DNA of 64,000 nucleotides from Alphaproteobacteria bacterium. GTDB lineage: Bacteria > Pseudomonadota > Alphaproteobacteria > UBA9219 > RGZA01. Positions 21,020-31,321 of this stretch are shown here, in pieces. The notes under the pieces are model-generated. The model had not been told where the DNA came from. It did no database searches and saw only the letters and a program-made list of their open reading frames with translations. The stretch spans positions 170,835-234,834 of the forward strand of contig JANRLI010000005.1 of assembly GCA_033762625.1 (NCBI GenBank), given 5' to 3'. The number at the start of each line of letters is the position of its first letter. Position 1 is the stretch's first letter. The translations under genes and the position numbers were made by a program.

Positions 21020-22003
21020 ATGAAACATGCCAAAAAACACAACCTGTTTGCCTCACTGTTTAACGGTTTAGATTTGCCGCGCATCTTGCTTGCCGCGCTA
21101 GCAGTTTTCTTATATCCGAGTTTTGGTTTTGCAGCTCCCGTTTCTAGTGATTCAACCGTCGGAACCATGTTCTGCAACGTGTTGAAAAACTCCGGTTCTT
21201 TCCCGCCGCTTTTTTCAGGCATAGCTTACATCACTGGCGCATGGATTGTAGTGCGCGGTCTGTTCGATATGATGAAGCGCAGCTCTGATCCCAACAATAA
21301 ACCATTTAAGGATGGTATTCTTGGCGTGATGATGGGCGGTATGGTGGCAGCGCTGCCGAACCTTATCAACTGGCTACATAAAACACTTCTGCGCGATACG
21401 GTAAAAGGCGAAGGTATTCATTGCACTAGCGCTGCATCAGTTGGCACATCAAGCGCGGTACCGCTTGATGAAATGCTCTATAATTTCGTTCAAAATATTA
21501 CACCAGGCATCATTGCGCTTATCAGCGGCATGGCGGTTATCTTTGGTATCGTGATGATTTTCTATAACATGGTGAAGCTGTCAAAATTCGGTACCGATGC
21601 AAAAACCAGTACGCTGACACCAATTATCGGCAGTTTGATTATCGGCGCGCTTCTGGTTGCGGTTGGTCAAACCATGGATATCAGCTTGACCACTTTGTTC
21701 GGCAACAACACCACCATGTCGACACTTACAAAATATCAAAGCTTGGCTTATGTGCCCGGTGGCAGCTTTGATATGACACGCTTTAACAGAGCGTTGGATG
21801 CTGTTTTCACATTCCTTCGAATCGTCGGCAGCCTTGCATTTGTGCGCGGATTCTTCGTGATGAAAAATGCTCTGGAAGGACAAGGGCAGGCAACCAAGGG
21901 TCAGGCCTATACACATATTATTGGCGGTGCCTTACTCGTGAACATGCCTGGCTTCATCCAGTACATTGAACAGTCAGTCGGTTTCAAGGTGATCAACCCA
22001 TAA
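21020..22003 (+). CDS. Polytopic membrane protein built of three IcmC/DotE-IcmD/DotP-like hairpin modules
   Basis: Three internal TM-loop-TM modules are each alignable with the two following small proteins. It sits where icmC/dotE (traQ) normally lies. The ORF track start is 20873. I prefer ATG 21020 (MKHAKKHN...), which precedes a signal-like helix. Confidence 0.55.
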   Translation: MKHAKKHNLFASLFNGLDLPRILLAALAVFLYPSFGFAAPVSSDSTVGTMFCNVLKNSGSFPPLFSGIAYITGAWIVVRGLFDMMKRSSDPNNKPFKDGILGVMMGGMVAALPNLINWLHKTLLRDTVKGEGIHCTSAASVGTSSAVPLDEMLYNFVQNITPGIIALISGMAVIFGIVMIFYNMVKLSKFGTDAKTSTLTPIIGSLIIGALLVAVGQTMDISLTTLFGNNTTMSTLTKYQSLAYVPGGSFDMTRFNRALDAVFTFLRIVGSLAFVRGFFVMKNALEGQGQATKGQAYTHIIGGALLVNMPGFIQYIEQSVGFKVINP

Positions 22004-22172
22004 CACCCAAGCCCGTAAAAAGGATGGTTAACAAAGGGTAAATAGCTAAACCTTTATATAATTTTTAATAATTGCTTTGTTATTATTACTTACATCCAAA
22101 GGCGAATATTTTTGATACACTCACAAGTGTTCATCAACAAAAGATGTGAGTATTAGTTTTGGGGAAGCAAGA

Positions 22173-22577
22173 ATGAAGTCTGGTAGCGTAATGAATACAG
22201 CAGTTAAGAGCGCAATGATCGCGGGTATTCTTGCAGCAGCATGGCCTGAAATGGGGCATGCACAGAATTTTCAGGCAACGTCCGCGGCGTTGGTCGATGC
22301 CTTAAAAGATATGCCGGTGATTATTTCGGGCATCTCTTACATGTTTGGCGGTTTGCTGGTTTTGGGCGGCGCAAACAAATTAAAGATGCATGCGGAAAAT
22401 CCGCAGCAGACCCCGATGTCTCATGGCCTTGTGCGTATTGGCGTGGGCGGGATGATTGCAGGTCTGCCACCGTTTATGGGTTGGGTGAATAATTCATTGT
22501 CGATCGGCGGTGGAACTATGAAGTTCAAGAAGCTTGATAGAATTTCTGACCTAATTACTTTCAGTGGTGTGTGCTAG
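22173..22577 (+). CDS. IcmD/DotP-like small membrane protein (TraR-like), copy 1
   Basis: Signal peptide plus a two-TM hairpin: ISGISYMFGGLLVLGGANKLKMHAENPQQTP...GVGGMIAGLPPFMGWV. The ORF track start is 22146. Confidence 0.55.
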   Translation: MKSGSVMNTAVKSAMIAGILAAAWPEMGHAQNFQATSAALVDALKDMPVIISGISYMFGGLLVLGGANKLKMHAENPQQTPMSHGLVRIGVGGMIAGLPPFMGWVNNSLSIGGGTMKFKKLDRISDLITFSGVC

Positions 22578-22616
22578 AATTAACTAAGAAGTTTAACAGC
22601 GAAGGAGAGGGAAAAT

Positions 22617-23039
22617 ATGAAACGTGAATTGTTTGAAAATGTACTTAAGACCGGTCTCGTTGCAGCGGTAATTGCAGTTGCTTTTCCAGACGCGTCAATG
22701 GCGCAAGCACTTCAAAACTCTGTAACTGAAGTTAAAGCCGGTATTGCAAACATGCCGATGCTTGTATCAGGCTTCGCATATATTGCAGGCGGTGCTGCGA
22801 TGTTAAGCGGCGCCGGTATGCTCAAGAAACATGCTGATAACCCTCAGCAAAACCCACTTGCACCAGGGGTAACCCGTATGGCGCTTGGCGGTGTGGTTGC
22901 AGCGATGCCATCATTCCTTAGCTACGTAAACGGTACGCTGAAGAGCAACACCGAAGGCCCATTGCAGTACAAAGGACTTCAAACCGTTGGTGAATTGAAG
23001 ATGAATTTGATGCATCAGATTACCAGCCTGTTCTCATAA
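22617..23039 (+). CDS. IcmD/DotP-like small membrane protein, copy 2
   Basis: It shares the copy 1 architecture and motif: VSGFAYIAGGAAMLSGAGMLKKHADNPQQNP...LGGVVAAMPSFLSYV. A GGAGAGGG RBS lies upstream. Confidence 0.55.
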   Translation: MKRELFENVLKTGLVAAVIAVAFPDASMAQALQNSVTEVKAGIANMPMLVSGFAYIAGGAAMLSGAGMLKKHADNPQQNPLAPGVTRMALGGVVAAMPSFLSYVNGTLKSNTEGPLQYKGLQTVGELKMNLMHQITSLFS

Positions 23040-23059
23040 GACTGGATTTGATGAACTAA

Positions 23060-23791
23060 ATGTCTCTCCTCCCGATTACGCTGGGCGTCAAGCGCAACCT
23101 TGATGCCCAGCAATCCGGAGCAGCCGGTAAACCAAAACGTCGCAAGCCCCTTTCGAAGTCCGAATTCTCCAAAATCGTCCAACACACCTTCGAAAAAGAT
23201 TCCTTCACCTGCTGCTATTGCGGATTCAAAGCTAAACAGTTTCAAAAGGCGATACCCAAAGATTGGGCGGTAAATGACCCGCGCGATTCTGAAATGGTCA
23301 CCGCATGTATTTTTTGTGAACAATGCTTCAACCTTGAAAGTGTGGGGCCCATGGCTTCCGGCACACTTATTTGGCTTCCCGAAATCAGTCAGGCCACCTT
23401 GCACCACATTATGCGCGCAGTTTATGCATCCCGAGCGCAGATGGATATTGCGCCCGAAAACATTCGTAATTGCGCAGATAGGACGTTTGAAGTCCTGTTT
23501 AACCGCCGTGGGGAGGCCAAACGCCGCATCGGTACCGATGACCCGATGGTTCTGGCTGCTGCCTTATTGGAAAACGTCAGTGAAGAAACGTTTCGAAAGC
23601 GCGAAGAAAAATTCAACGGGATTCGCCTTATGCCGCTCGATAAGCGCATGATTCCAAGCGCTTCAGGCAAAGATAATGACCAATTCCCCCGCATAATCGA
23701 ATATTGGGTTTCCAGCGAAGGCCCGTTGGGGAATATGCCTCCGGCTACGTGGGAAGCCATGCAGCTGGGCATCACCAAAGCGGCTAGCTAG
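23060..23791 (+). CDS. icmJ: IcmJ/DotN-like zinc-binding coupling-complex subunit
   Basis: Cysteine pairs CCYCGF and CIFCEQC are spaced as in the DotN Zn site. The gene lies directly upstream of icmB/dotO, as in Legionella and in R64 (traT-traU). Confidence 0.72.
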   Translation: MSLLPITLGVKRNLDAQQSGAAGKPKRRKPLSKSEFSKIVQHTFEKDSFTCCYCGFKAKQFQKAIPKDWAVNDPRDSEMVTACIFCEQCFNLESVGPMASGTLIWLPEISQATLHHIMRAVYASRAQMDIAPENIRNCADRTFEVLFNRRGEAKRRIGTDDPMVLAAALLENVSEETFRKREEKFNGIRLMPLDKRMIPSASGKDNDQFPRIIEYWVSSEGPLGNMPPATWEAMQLGITKAAS

Positions 23792-23953
23792 GCAGCTATA
23801 CCTAAGTTGCTTTTGGCTGCTTTGTTCATTTTCAGTTAAGGCTTTGTCTTTACTCTAGATTCTGGCTCTCACTAATCTATCTCAAAAGGGCCGGGCAGGG
23901 GGCAAATAACCACCCGCTTTCTGTTCACACCACCCCTAATTCTGATGTAGCAC

Positions 23954-26900
23954 ATGCTGGGTTTACTCGATGAATTTTTTGCCGGAATTTTGCTGCTGTT
24001 CAAGCAGCCGGTGGAATCGTTCATCAACCTTGAAACAGCGGATGATGAAACCACGTTAGTATCCAACGATGGATCATTGCTGACCTATCTCAAAATCAGC
24101 GGCGCGCGCCAGATGATTGGCGGCGAAGAATATAACTGGATTATCGATCAAGCGACGTTGAAACTGGGCGCACGTTTTGACCGCCCCGGTCAGGCGATGC
24201 AGTTTTATTTCTACCGCGATCCTGATCGTATTGGACGCACGCTTCACAAAATGATGACGCCGAACCGCATGTCTGCGGGCGCAATCGGTATTGATTTGGA
24301 TGACTTGCTCAAAGAACGCCAACGCAATCTTTCGAATTATCTCGCTTTGGAAGAAATGTATTTGGTGCTTTGGACGCGGCCATCAGGGCTTACGCCCAAC
24401 GAATACAAGCGCGCGCAGGAAACCCGCAAAGACCAGAAATGGCACGCTGCAAAAAATGCGCAAATGCCCTTTGCAGCGTTGGAACCGTTGCGTTTGAAGC
24501 ATAAAGCGTTTGTTTCAAATATTTCTGAATCACTCTTTGAACTTGGCATCGTTTCCAACGTGATGGAAGTGCATGACGCATTACGCGCGGTGCGTGCCAG
24601 CATTTATCCAAACCTTGATAACGACAAATGGAAAGCCTGCTTGCCGGGTGACCCGATTGCGCCGCGTCGCCCGCGTTACAAACGTGACTGGTCCGATTTG
24701 TTATGGCCGCCGATTTCACAGCAGCTTTGCCCCATGGATGCCGAGGTGCTTGGCCCCAGCACGGTACGCGTAGGTGACTTGGCATGGGCCGCGACTGACA
24801 TGTCACTTGGACCATCGGATGCGTCGCCATTCCCGCAATTGCTGAACCGTTTGATTGAAGCGAATATGCCATTCCGCATTTCCTTCATGATTGAATCAGG
24901 CGGCGCAACGGGCGAAAATTTCCGTAAGCTTGCGGCATCCCTCCTTGCATTCTCGAACGGTATTAATCGCCAGATTAAAGAAACGCTGAACGAGCTGATT
25001 GCGCTTTCGCAAAGCGACCCTGTTGTGAAGCTGCGCATTTCCTATGCGACTTATGCGCCTGCGGGTGATAAAAAACTGATTGAAACGCGGCTTGCCAATT
25101 TGATGCAGGCGGCGGAATCATGGGGCTATTGTCAGGTTGCAAATATTTGCGGTGATCCATTGGAAGCCGTGATGTCATCGGTGCTTGGTATTTCATGTTC
25201 GGCAACCGCGCCCCCCGGTGTTGCGCCGCTACGTGAAGTTGTAAAGATGCTGCCATGGCAGCGTTCATGTTCGCCGTTTAACGATGGCGCGGTGATTCTG
25301 CGCTCGCCCGATGGTCGTATCTGGCCCTACCAGATGGGTACAGCGCTGACGACCACATGGTTCGATTTGATTTTCGCGCAACCGGGTTCAGGTAAATCGG
25401 TTTTGATGAACGCGAAGAATCTCGGCTGCTGTTTATCAGCGGGTATGAGCAAATTGCCGTTCATCGCCATTCTGGATATCGGTCCGTCATCATCGGGTTT
25501 GATTTCGCTGCTTAAAGACGCATTGCCTGCGGACAGGCGGCAGGAAGTTTTGCATTTCAAATTGTTGATGACACCCGAATACGCGGTGAACCCGTTTGAT
25601 ACGCAATTGGGTTGCCGGTATGCATTACCCGATGAACGTGCATATTTATGCGAACTGCTTACGCTTATTTGTACACCGCCCGGACAAGACACGCCGTATG
25701 ATGGTATGACGCAGTTGGTCGGATTCTGCGTGGATGAAATGTACCGTTGGCGCGATGACGCGGAAGCAAACGCCGAAGCGCGCCCTTATCTTGAACTCAT
25801 CGAACCACGCGTGGATGATGCGATCAAGAAAATGAATTTGGTTCTGCCACCTGAACCGTATTGGTGGGAAGTTGTGGATGCGCTTTATGATGCTGGCGCA
25901 AAACACGAAGCGATGCTCGCGCAGCGCCATGCTGTTCCCACACTGGTGGACGCAGTTACGGCTGCGCGCCGCCCGCAAATTCGCGCGTTTTTGGATGAAA
26001 CAGCCATTGGTCCTTCCGCAGAAGGTGTTATTCACGCATTCGAACGCATGATTGCATCGGCTATTCGCGAATTCCCAATTCTTGCTGGCGTAACACGCTT
26101 TGATACGGGTACAGCCCGCGTAGCATCGGTGGATTTGCAGGAAGTTTCACCGCAAGGTGATGCGTCAGCTGACCGTCAGACCGCGATTATGTATATGCTT
26201 GCGCGCCATACGCTTATTCGTTCGTGGTGGCTCAACCCCGATAGTTTGCGTAACGTCAGTGCGCGTTATCGTCCGCACCATGACGAGCGTTTGAAAGAAA
26301 TCCGCGAAATTCCAAAGCGTCTTTGCTATGACGAATTTCATCGTACGGCGAACAGCTTCGCTGTTCGCGCGCAGCTTATCCGCGACGTTCGCGAAGGCCG
26401 TAAATGGGGTGTGCAAATTGTGCTGGCATCCCAATTGCTGAACGACTTCACTGCCGACATGATTGACTTGGCAACCGGTATTTGGGTGTGTGGTTCGACC
26501 GCATCGGAGCGTGCGATTGCTGATTTGGGAGAAAAATTCTCGCTTTCTGAAACGGCGCGCTGGGTTGTGCGTTATCGTTTGACGGGCCCGAAGCCCAGCG
26601 GTTCGCCGGTGCTATTGATTCTTTCAACAACCGAAGGTCGTTATGAGCAACATCTTGTAAACACCCTTGGCCCGATTGAATTATGGGCACTGTCAACGTC
26701 AGCCGAAGACGTGGTTATTCGTACCAAGCTGTATGAGAAAGTGGGCGCGGTAAAAGCTCGCCGCCTGCTTGCCACATTGTTCCCCGGAGGTACCGCACGC
26801 CATGAAATCCGCCGCCGTGTTGTTATCCGTACCGAGCGCGGGGAGTTAACAACCAATGCGCAACAAGCTGTTATGCAGGAAATGGTTGATGAATTGGCAG

Positions 26901-27049
26901 CTTACGTAACCCGGGAAGTGCTGGACGGCGTGCTGGAGGTTGAAAAACGCGCCGCTGCTGAAAAGGCCAAGGAAGCCGAAGCAAATAAAGTTACTAAAAA
27001 ACGTGATTTTTCTGGTTCAAGTTCACGTGCATCCGGAACGCCGCGTTGA
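23954..27049 (+). CDS. icmB: T4BSS ATPase IcmB/DotO (TraU-like, VirB4-class)
   Basis: 1031 aa with Walker A in FAQPGSGKSVLMN and a Walker B-like LCYDEFH. Size and position match DotO. Confidence 0.9.
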   Translation: MLGLLDEFFAGILLLFKQPVESFINLETADDETTLVSNDGSLLTYLKISGARQMIGGEEYNWIIDQATLKLGARFDRPGQAMQFYFYRDPDRIGRTLHKMMTPNRMSAGAIGIDLDDLLKERQRNLSNYLALEEMYLVLWTRPSGLTPNEYKRAQETRKDQKWHAAKNAQMPFAALEPLRLKHKAFVSNISESLFELGIVSNVMEVHDALRAVRASIYPNLDNDKWKACLPGDPIAPRRPRYKRDWSDLLWPPISQQLCPMDAEVLGPSTVRVGDLAWAATDMSLGPSDASPFPQLLNRLIEANMPFRISFMIESGGATGENFRKLAASLLAFSNGINRQIKETLNELIALSQSDPVVKLRISYATYAPAGDKKLIETRLANLMQAAESWGYCQVANICGDPLEAVMSSVLGISCSATAPPGVAPLREVVKMLPWQRSCSPFNDGAVILRSPDGRIWPYQMGTALTTTWFDLIFAQPGSGKSVLMNAKNLGCCLSAGMSKLPFIAILDIGPSSSGLISLLKDALPADRRQEVLHFKLLMTPEYAVNPFDTQLGCRYALPDERAYLCELLTLICTPPGQDTPYDGMTQLVGFCVDEMYRWRDDAEANAEARPYLELIEPRVDDAIKKMNLVLPPEPYWWEVVDALYDAGAKHEAMLAQRHAVPTLVDAVTAARRPQIRAFLDETAIGPSAEGVIHAFERMIASAIREFPILAGVTRFDTGTARVASVDLQEVSPQGDASADRQTAIMYMLARHTLIRSWWLNPDSLRNVSARYRPHHDERLKEIREIPKRLCYDEFHRTANSFAVRAQLIRDVREGRKWGVQIVLASQLLNDFTADMIDLATGIWVCGSTASERAIADLGEKFSLSETARWVVRYRLTGPKPSGSPVLLILSTTEGRYEQHLVNTLGPIELWALSTSAEDVVIRTKLYEKVGAVKARRLLATLFPGGTARHEIRRRVVIRTERGELTTNAQQAVMQEMVDELAAYVTREVLDGVLEVEKRAAAEKAKEAEANKVTKKRDFSGSSSRASGTPR

Positions 27050-27095
27050 CATAATGTATGCTATGCTGATTCGCTAATAGGACACGAGAAGGTTT

Positions 27096-28316
27096 ATGGC
27101 ACAACAACCCAAAGCAGATGACGTAGAAATCACCATGGTGCTGATTGTCGCCATGGGTTTTCTGTTCATGTGGGGCATGTGGTCTTACGCCAAACAACCG
27201 ATTGTGGAAGTCATTCGCTGGGTAAAATGGGGCGAGGTTTGTATCTTTCAACTCATAGATCCCAAACTGGCGCGTGACCGCGAATTGCTGGAAAATCTGA
27301 AAAACGATCAAGCGCTTATCCGCCAGATGAGCGATGAAATGGATTTGCAGAAAAAGAAGTACACGGTTGAAGGCTGGATTGCTAACAAGTTACTGGCGCC
27401 AGAAGTTTTGTGGGATATTTCGAACCGTGTCGGTGTTTACACCCGCGTTCCAATCATCATGGGTCTGATGGCAGGCGCGTTCTTTTATATGTTCTTCTCG
27501 TTCCGAACAAAATATAAAACAGCTTATGATTTGGAAGGTCTTATACGTATTCAATCCAAGCAATGGCCGGTGATTTCGCCGATTGTAGATTTCAGCCCTA
27601 CCGATGCGAATGCACGCAAGCCCGGAGAGCCGGTGCCTGCGGATTTACCGTTGTTTGCTGAAGCGCTATCTCCTGAAGAATGGATCGCGCATCAACGTAT
27701 TCCGATTGTCAATAAAATTCCGGATAAAGATGCGTTACGCCGCGCCTATTTAGCGCAGCTGGGTCCGCGCTGGACAGGAATAAGCTGTTTGACGCCAGCG
27801 CAGCGCTGCCTGATGGCGTGCTTTGCATTAAAGGGCGCGCAAAAGCGACGCGATAGTGATAATTTGCTGGGCCGCGTTGCGCAGCACTGGAATCATAAAA
27901 CAGATTTTACGCCCACGCTCGAATTGATGGCGGAAGTGGATAAGGTGCTTGCTGACCCGAAAGTGGGCGGTGAAGCGATGAAAGTTGCAAACCGTTTTGC
28001 CTATCGCACGACAGCGCTCATTGGTGTTTTGAAATGGGCACGTGAACGTGGCGGCGTGTTGGCGCCTGCAACATTCTTATGGCTGCGCGCACATGACCGA
28101 TCGCTCTGGTATCCGCTCAACAATTTTGGTCGCCGCGCCTATCATGCAGAAGCTGCTGGCGCAATGGCGCATTTCATGGCTGAAAAGATTGCCGGAAAGC
28201 CATTGCCGATTCCACGACTTGAAACCGCCATTTTGACCATTACCCAGTATTGGGGGATTAATAATCCGGTGGTTCCCGATCTTGATGAAAACCGCAAAAA
28301 AATATCGAAAACATAG
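27096..28316 (+). CDS. icmP: IcmP/DotM (TrbA-like) coupling-complex membrane protein
   Basis: Two N-terminal TM helices and a large cytoplasmic domain. It lies upstream of icmO/dotL, as in other T4BSS loci. Confidence 0.68.
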   Translation: MAQQPKADDVEITMVLIVAMGFLFMWGMWSYAKQPIVEVIRWVKWGEVCIFQLIDPKLARDRELLENLKNDQALIRQMSDEMDLQKKKYTVEGWIANKLLAPEVLWDISNRVGVYTRVPIIMGLMAGAFFYMFFSFRTKYKTAYDLEGLIRIQSKQWPVISPIVDFSPTDANARKPGEPVPADLPLFAEALSPEEWIAHQRIPIVNKIPDKDALRRAYLAQLGPRWTGISCLTPAQRCLMACFALKGAQKRRDSDNLLGRVAQHWNHKTDFTPTLELMAEVDKVLADPKVGGEAMKVANRFAYRTTALIGVLKWARERGGVLAPATFLWLRAHDRSLWYPLNNFGRRAYHAEAAGAMAHFMAEKIAGKPLPIPRLETAILTITQYWGINNPVVPDLDENRKKISKT

Positions 28317-28324
28317 GATAAGCA

Positions 28325-28813
28325 ATGACCAAGAAGCATAAAGAGCATCATTTTGTAGTCGTCAGCGATGATGTGCTCGTCGCTGATTTGAGCCTTTCAA
28401 AAACAGCGGGCGTTGTGCGTTTAAAGCTTGCCGATCTTACCTTTGCGCATTTCCATGTACGCAGTGATGGTGACGGAGCAAAACTTGGGTTTACCACGGG
28501 CCGCGAGGATTTTGTAGTGCTTGGCAACTTTGCCGATAAAGCAGATGCGGATCATTTATTAAAAGAAATCCGCCATGAAATGCTCAAGATTGAATTGCTG
28601 CACCGGATCTTCAGTATGCGCACATTCCTGATTGCAATGTCGGTAATCATCACGTTGGTATTCCTGATGTGGTTTTATGGAAAAGCGACCCAGCAAAATC
28701 TTCCCGAGCTTAACGAGCCGTTAGCGCTTGAAGATATGCATGATCCATTGCCGACGCGCATGGAGCCAGGCCGCCCAATCGATGCAGACAATAAATTGAA
28801 TCCACCCGACTAG
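28325..28813 (+). CDS. Hypothetical bitopic protein inserted between dotM and dotL
   Basis: 162 aa with a cytoplasmic N-domain, one TM helix (FLIAMSVIITLVFLMWFYG) and a short Pro/Asp-rich tail. No family was recognised. Confidence 0.5.
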   Translation: MTKKHKEHHFVVVSDDVLVADLSLSKTAGVVRLKLADLTFAHFHVRSDGDGAKLGFTTGREDFVVLGNFADKADADHLLKEIRHEMLKIELLHRIFSMRTFLIAMSVIITLVFLMWFYGKATQQNLPELNEPLALEDMHDPLPTRMEPGRPIDADNKLNPPD

Positions 28814-28840
28814 TTTTTGAAAGCGAACGAAACGTAACCC

Positions 28841-31306
28841 ATGGCAGTTATTCCTGTAAAGTACCGAGTGCACAGGTCGCGGCGTTACCGCGATGCGCGC
28901 CCGACGGGTGAGCGCATTGCCGAGTCCATGGGCAATACAAATACCATTAGCTATGTGTATTTCTCCATGGCGATGGCTTTGATTATTCTGCCGATGGTTG
29001 GTTTGCATTTCGCGCTGGCCATCTGCGATGTTATTGCCATTCTGGCTTGGCTGTATGCCCGCTGGTTTAATGCACAGAAATTCACACTCCCGCTAAAGAT
29101 GCCAGCCTATTCGGAGCGCAAAGATCCCAAAAATCCTATTCCGGGTACAGACGGTGTTGCAGGTAAGTCGGATGGTATTTTATTCCTTGGCAATGAACGC
29201 GACCCCAAAACGGGTAAGGAATTATGGCTGACAAACAGCGATGCGCGAACCCACACCTTGTTTCTTGGTACAACGGGTACCGGTAAAACCGAAGGCTTGA
29301 AATCGCTGGTCAGCAACGCGCTCGCCTGGGGTTCCGGGTTTGTGTATGTGGATGGTAAAGCCGATACCGATTTATGGGCTGGGCTTTACGGGCTTGCGCG
29401 CCGCTTTGGCCGTGAAGATGATTTGCTAGTATTGAACTATATTACCGGAAACTCCGATGATGCATCGGTTTCCAACACCATGAATCCCTTTGCCAACGGT
29501 TCATCTTCTTTCCTTTCCAACATGATTACCAGCTTGATGCCGGATGCCGGCGGCGATAACGCGATGTGGAAAGAGCGTGCGGTGGCGCTCATGTTCGCGT
29601 TGATGCCAGCGCTTACCTTCAAGCGCGATAAGCAAGGCTTGCTGATGGATATCGGCACTGTGCGTGAATTCATCGAATTGAAGCCTATTGTAAAATTATC
29701 GCGTGATACCACCATGCCGGAACGTATTATTCGCGGCTTGCAAGGTTATCTCTCCACGTTGCCGGGTTATGTGGATGAAGCGTTTGATGATGATGGCAAC
29801 GAAAAGCCGCCAAGCCCAGATGCGCCAATGTATGATTTGCAAATCGCACGTCAGCAACATGGCTATCTTTCCATGCAGTTCACACGTGCCTTCCAATCGT
29901 TGGCCGATGAATACGGTTTTATTTTCCGCGCGCAGCTGGCTGACATTGATACCATCGACGTGGTGCTTAACCGCCGCATGCTTATTGGTCTTATCCCCTC
30001 ACTGGAAAAGTCAGGCGACGAAGCAGCAAACTTGGGTAAAATCATCGCTGCGTCCTTGAAAGGCATGATGGGTTCTACCCTTGGTGCATCGGTGGAAGGT
30101 TCATGGGAAGACACGATTGAAAGCAAGCAGACGCGTTCACCTTCACCTTATATGACGGTGTTCGACGAAGTCGGTTACTATACCGCGCAAGGTATGGCGG
30201 TGATGGCTGCGCAGGCCCGTTCACTTGGCTTCGCACTCGTCTTTGCAGCGCAGGATATTCCCGCGATGGAAAAACGCGTGAAGCAGGAAGCCCACTCTAT
30301 TCTCGGTAACTGCAACTTGAAAATTTTCGGTAAGCTTGAAGACCCGATCGAAACCAAAAAATTCTTCGATGACCATGTGGGTACGGTTTGGCTTTATGAA
30401 TCCACCGGTTTCAATGCGCCAACCAATTTGATGTCATCGTTCTTCGTTAATAATCCATACATCGATAATCGCCAAACGGGTACCTTGCAGGAACGCAAAC
30501 GTACCAACTATGACTGGCTTCGCGAAATGCGCGAAGGTCAGGTGATTATGATGTTCCATGACTTTATTGTGTCAGCGCAGCTATTCCATGCTGAACCTAA
30601 AAAAGTTCGCGCCATGCGCGTGCATCGTTTGCTTCCTGTACCCGGTTTTACAACCAGTACGCAGGCCAAGGAACGTATGGTAACAGATTTATCACGCAAG
30701 TTGGATGACCCCGAATGGATTGCTGCGAAGGCGATGTCGCCTGCGCAAGTGCAGCCGGAAATCAAAGCGCTTAGCGTAGGGTATGAAGAAGCGCAGAAAT
30801 CAGGCCTTGATCCAATTAAATCTGCGATGGCTGCGCTAGCTGGTCTTTCAGAAATGGCAGAAAAAGCCAAGGAAGAAGAAAAAGCAGCAGGTGGCGGCGC
30901 AGGGCGCAGCAAGATTAATATGGATGAGCTTGATAATGTGGAAGAAGCGCAGCAACAAGCACCCCAGCAACAACAGCAAATCGTCCAGCAGAATGTACAA
31001 AGCTATGAAATGAATAGCGCCCAAGGAAATGGGAATGGAAGCGCCAAGGGTGATCAGCAACAGCGCCCAGGATTTGGCGATGACTTTGATTACCGTCCGC
31101 GCGCGACCAGCAAGCTCAAGAAAATGGGCGTCGGTCTTGAAGACATTGCAGCGATCAAAGCGAAGGATCTTGCTGATAAGAGCGAAGCAGGCGTAGCACT
31201 TAAAGACTTGCCGCCGGAAATTGCAGCACTCCTGCAAAAAGGCGCACAGAATATTTCGCAAACCTTGTTCCACGATGGTCGCGGCACCGGCGGCGATGCG
31301 GAATAA
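28841..31306 (+). CDS. icmO: Type IV coupling protein IcmO/DotL (TrbC-like)
   Basis: 821 aa with N-terminal TM helices, Walker A LGTTGTGKTEGLK and Walker B-like MTVFDEVGYY. The C-terminal tail is long, acidic and Gln-rich. Confidence 0.9.
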   Translation: MAVIPVKYRVHRSRRYRDARPTGERIAESMGNTNTISYVYFSMAMALIILPMVGLHFALAICDVIAILAWLYARWFNAQKFTLPLKMPAYSERKDPKNPIPGTDGVAGKSDGILFLGNERDPKTGKELWLTNSDARTHTLFLGTTGTGKTEGLKSLVSNALAWGSGFVYVDGKADTDLWAGLYGLARRFGREDDLLVLNYITGNSDDASVSNTMNPFANGSSSFLSNMITSLMPDAGGDNAMWKERAVALMFALMPALTFKRDKQGLLMDIGTVREFIELKPIVKLSRDTTMPERIIRGLQGYLSTLPGYVDEAFDDDGNEKPPSPDAPMYDLQIARQQHGYLSMQFTRAFQSLADEYGFIFRAQLADIDTIDVVLNRRMLIGLIPSLEKSGDEAANLGKIIAASLKGMMGSTLGASVEGSWEDTIESKQTRSPSPYMTVFDEVGYYTAQGMAVMAAQARSLGFALVFAAQDIPAMEKRVKQEAHSILGNCNLKIFGKLEDPIETKKFFDDHVGTVWLYESTGFNAPTNLMSSFFVNNPYIDNRQTGTLQERKRTNYDWLREMREGQVIMMFHDFIVSAQLFHAEPKKVRAMRVHRLLPVPGFTTSTQAKERMVTDLSRKLDDPEWIAAKAMSPAQVQPEIKALSVGYEEAQKSGLDPIKSAMAALAGLSEMAEKAKEEEKAAGGGAGRSKINMDELDNVEEAQQQAPQQQQQIVQQNVQSYEMNSAQGNGNGSAKGDQQQRPGFGDDFDYRPRATSKLKKMGVGLEDIAAIKAKDLADKSEAGVALKDLPPEIAALLQKGAQNISQTLFHDGRGTGGDAE

Positions 31307-31321
31307 TTATCTTAAAGGGGT

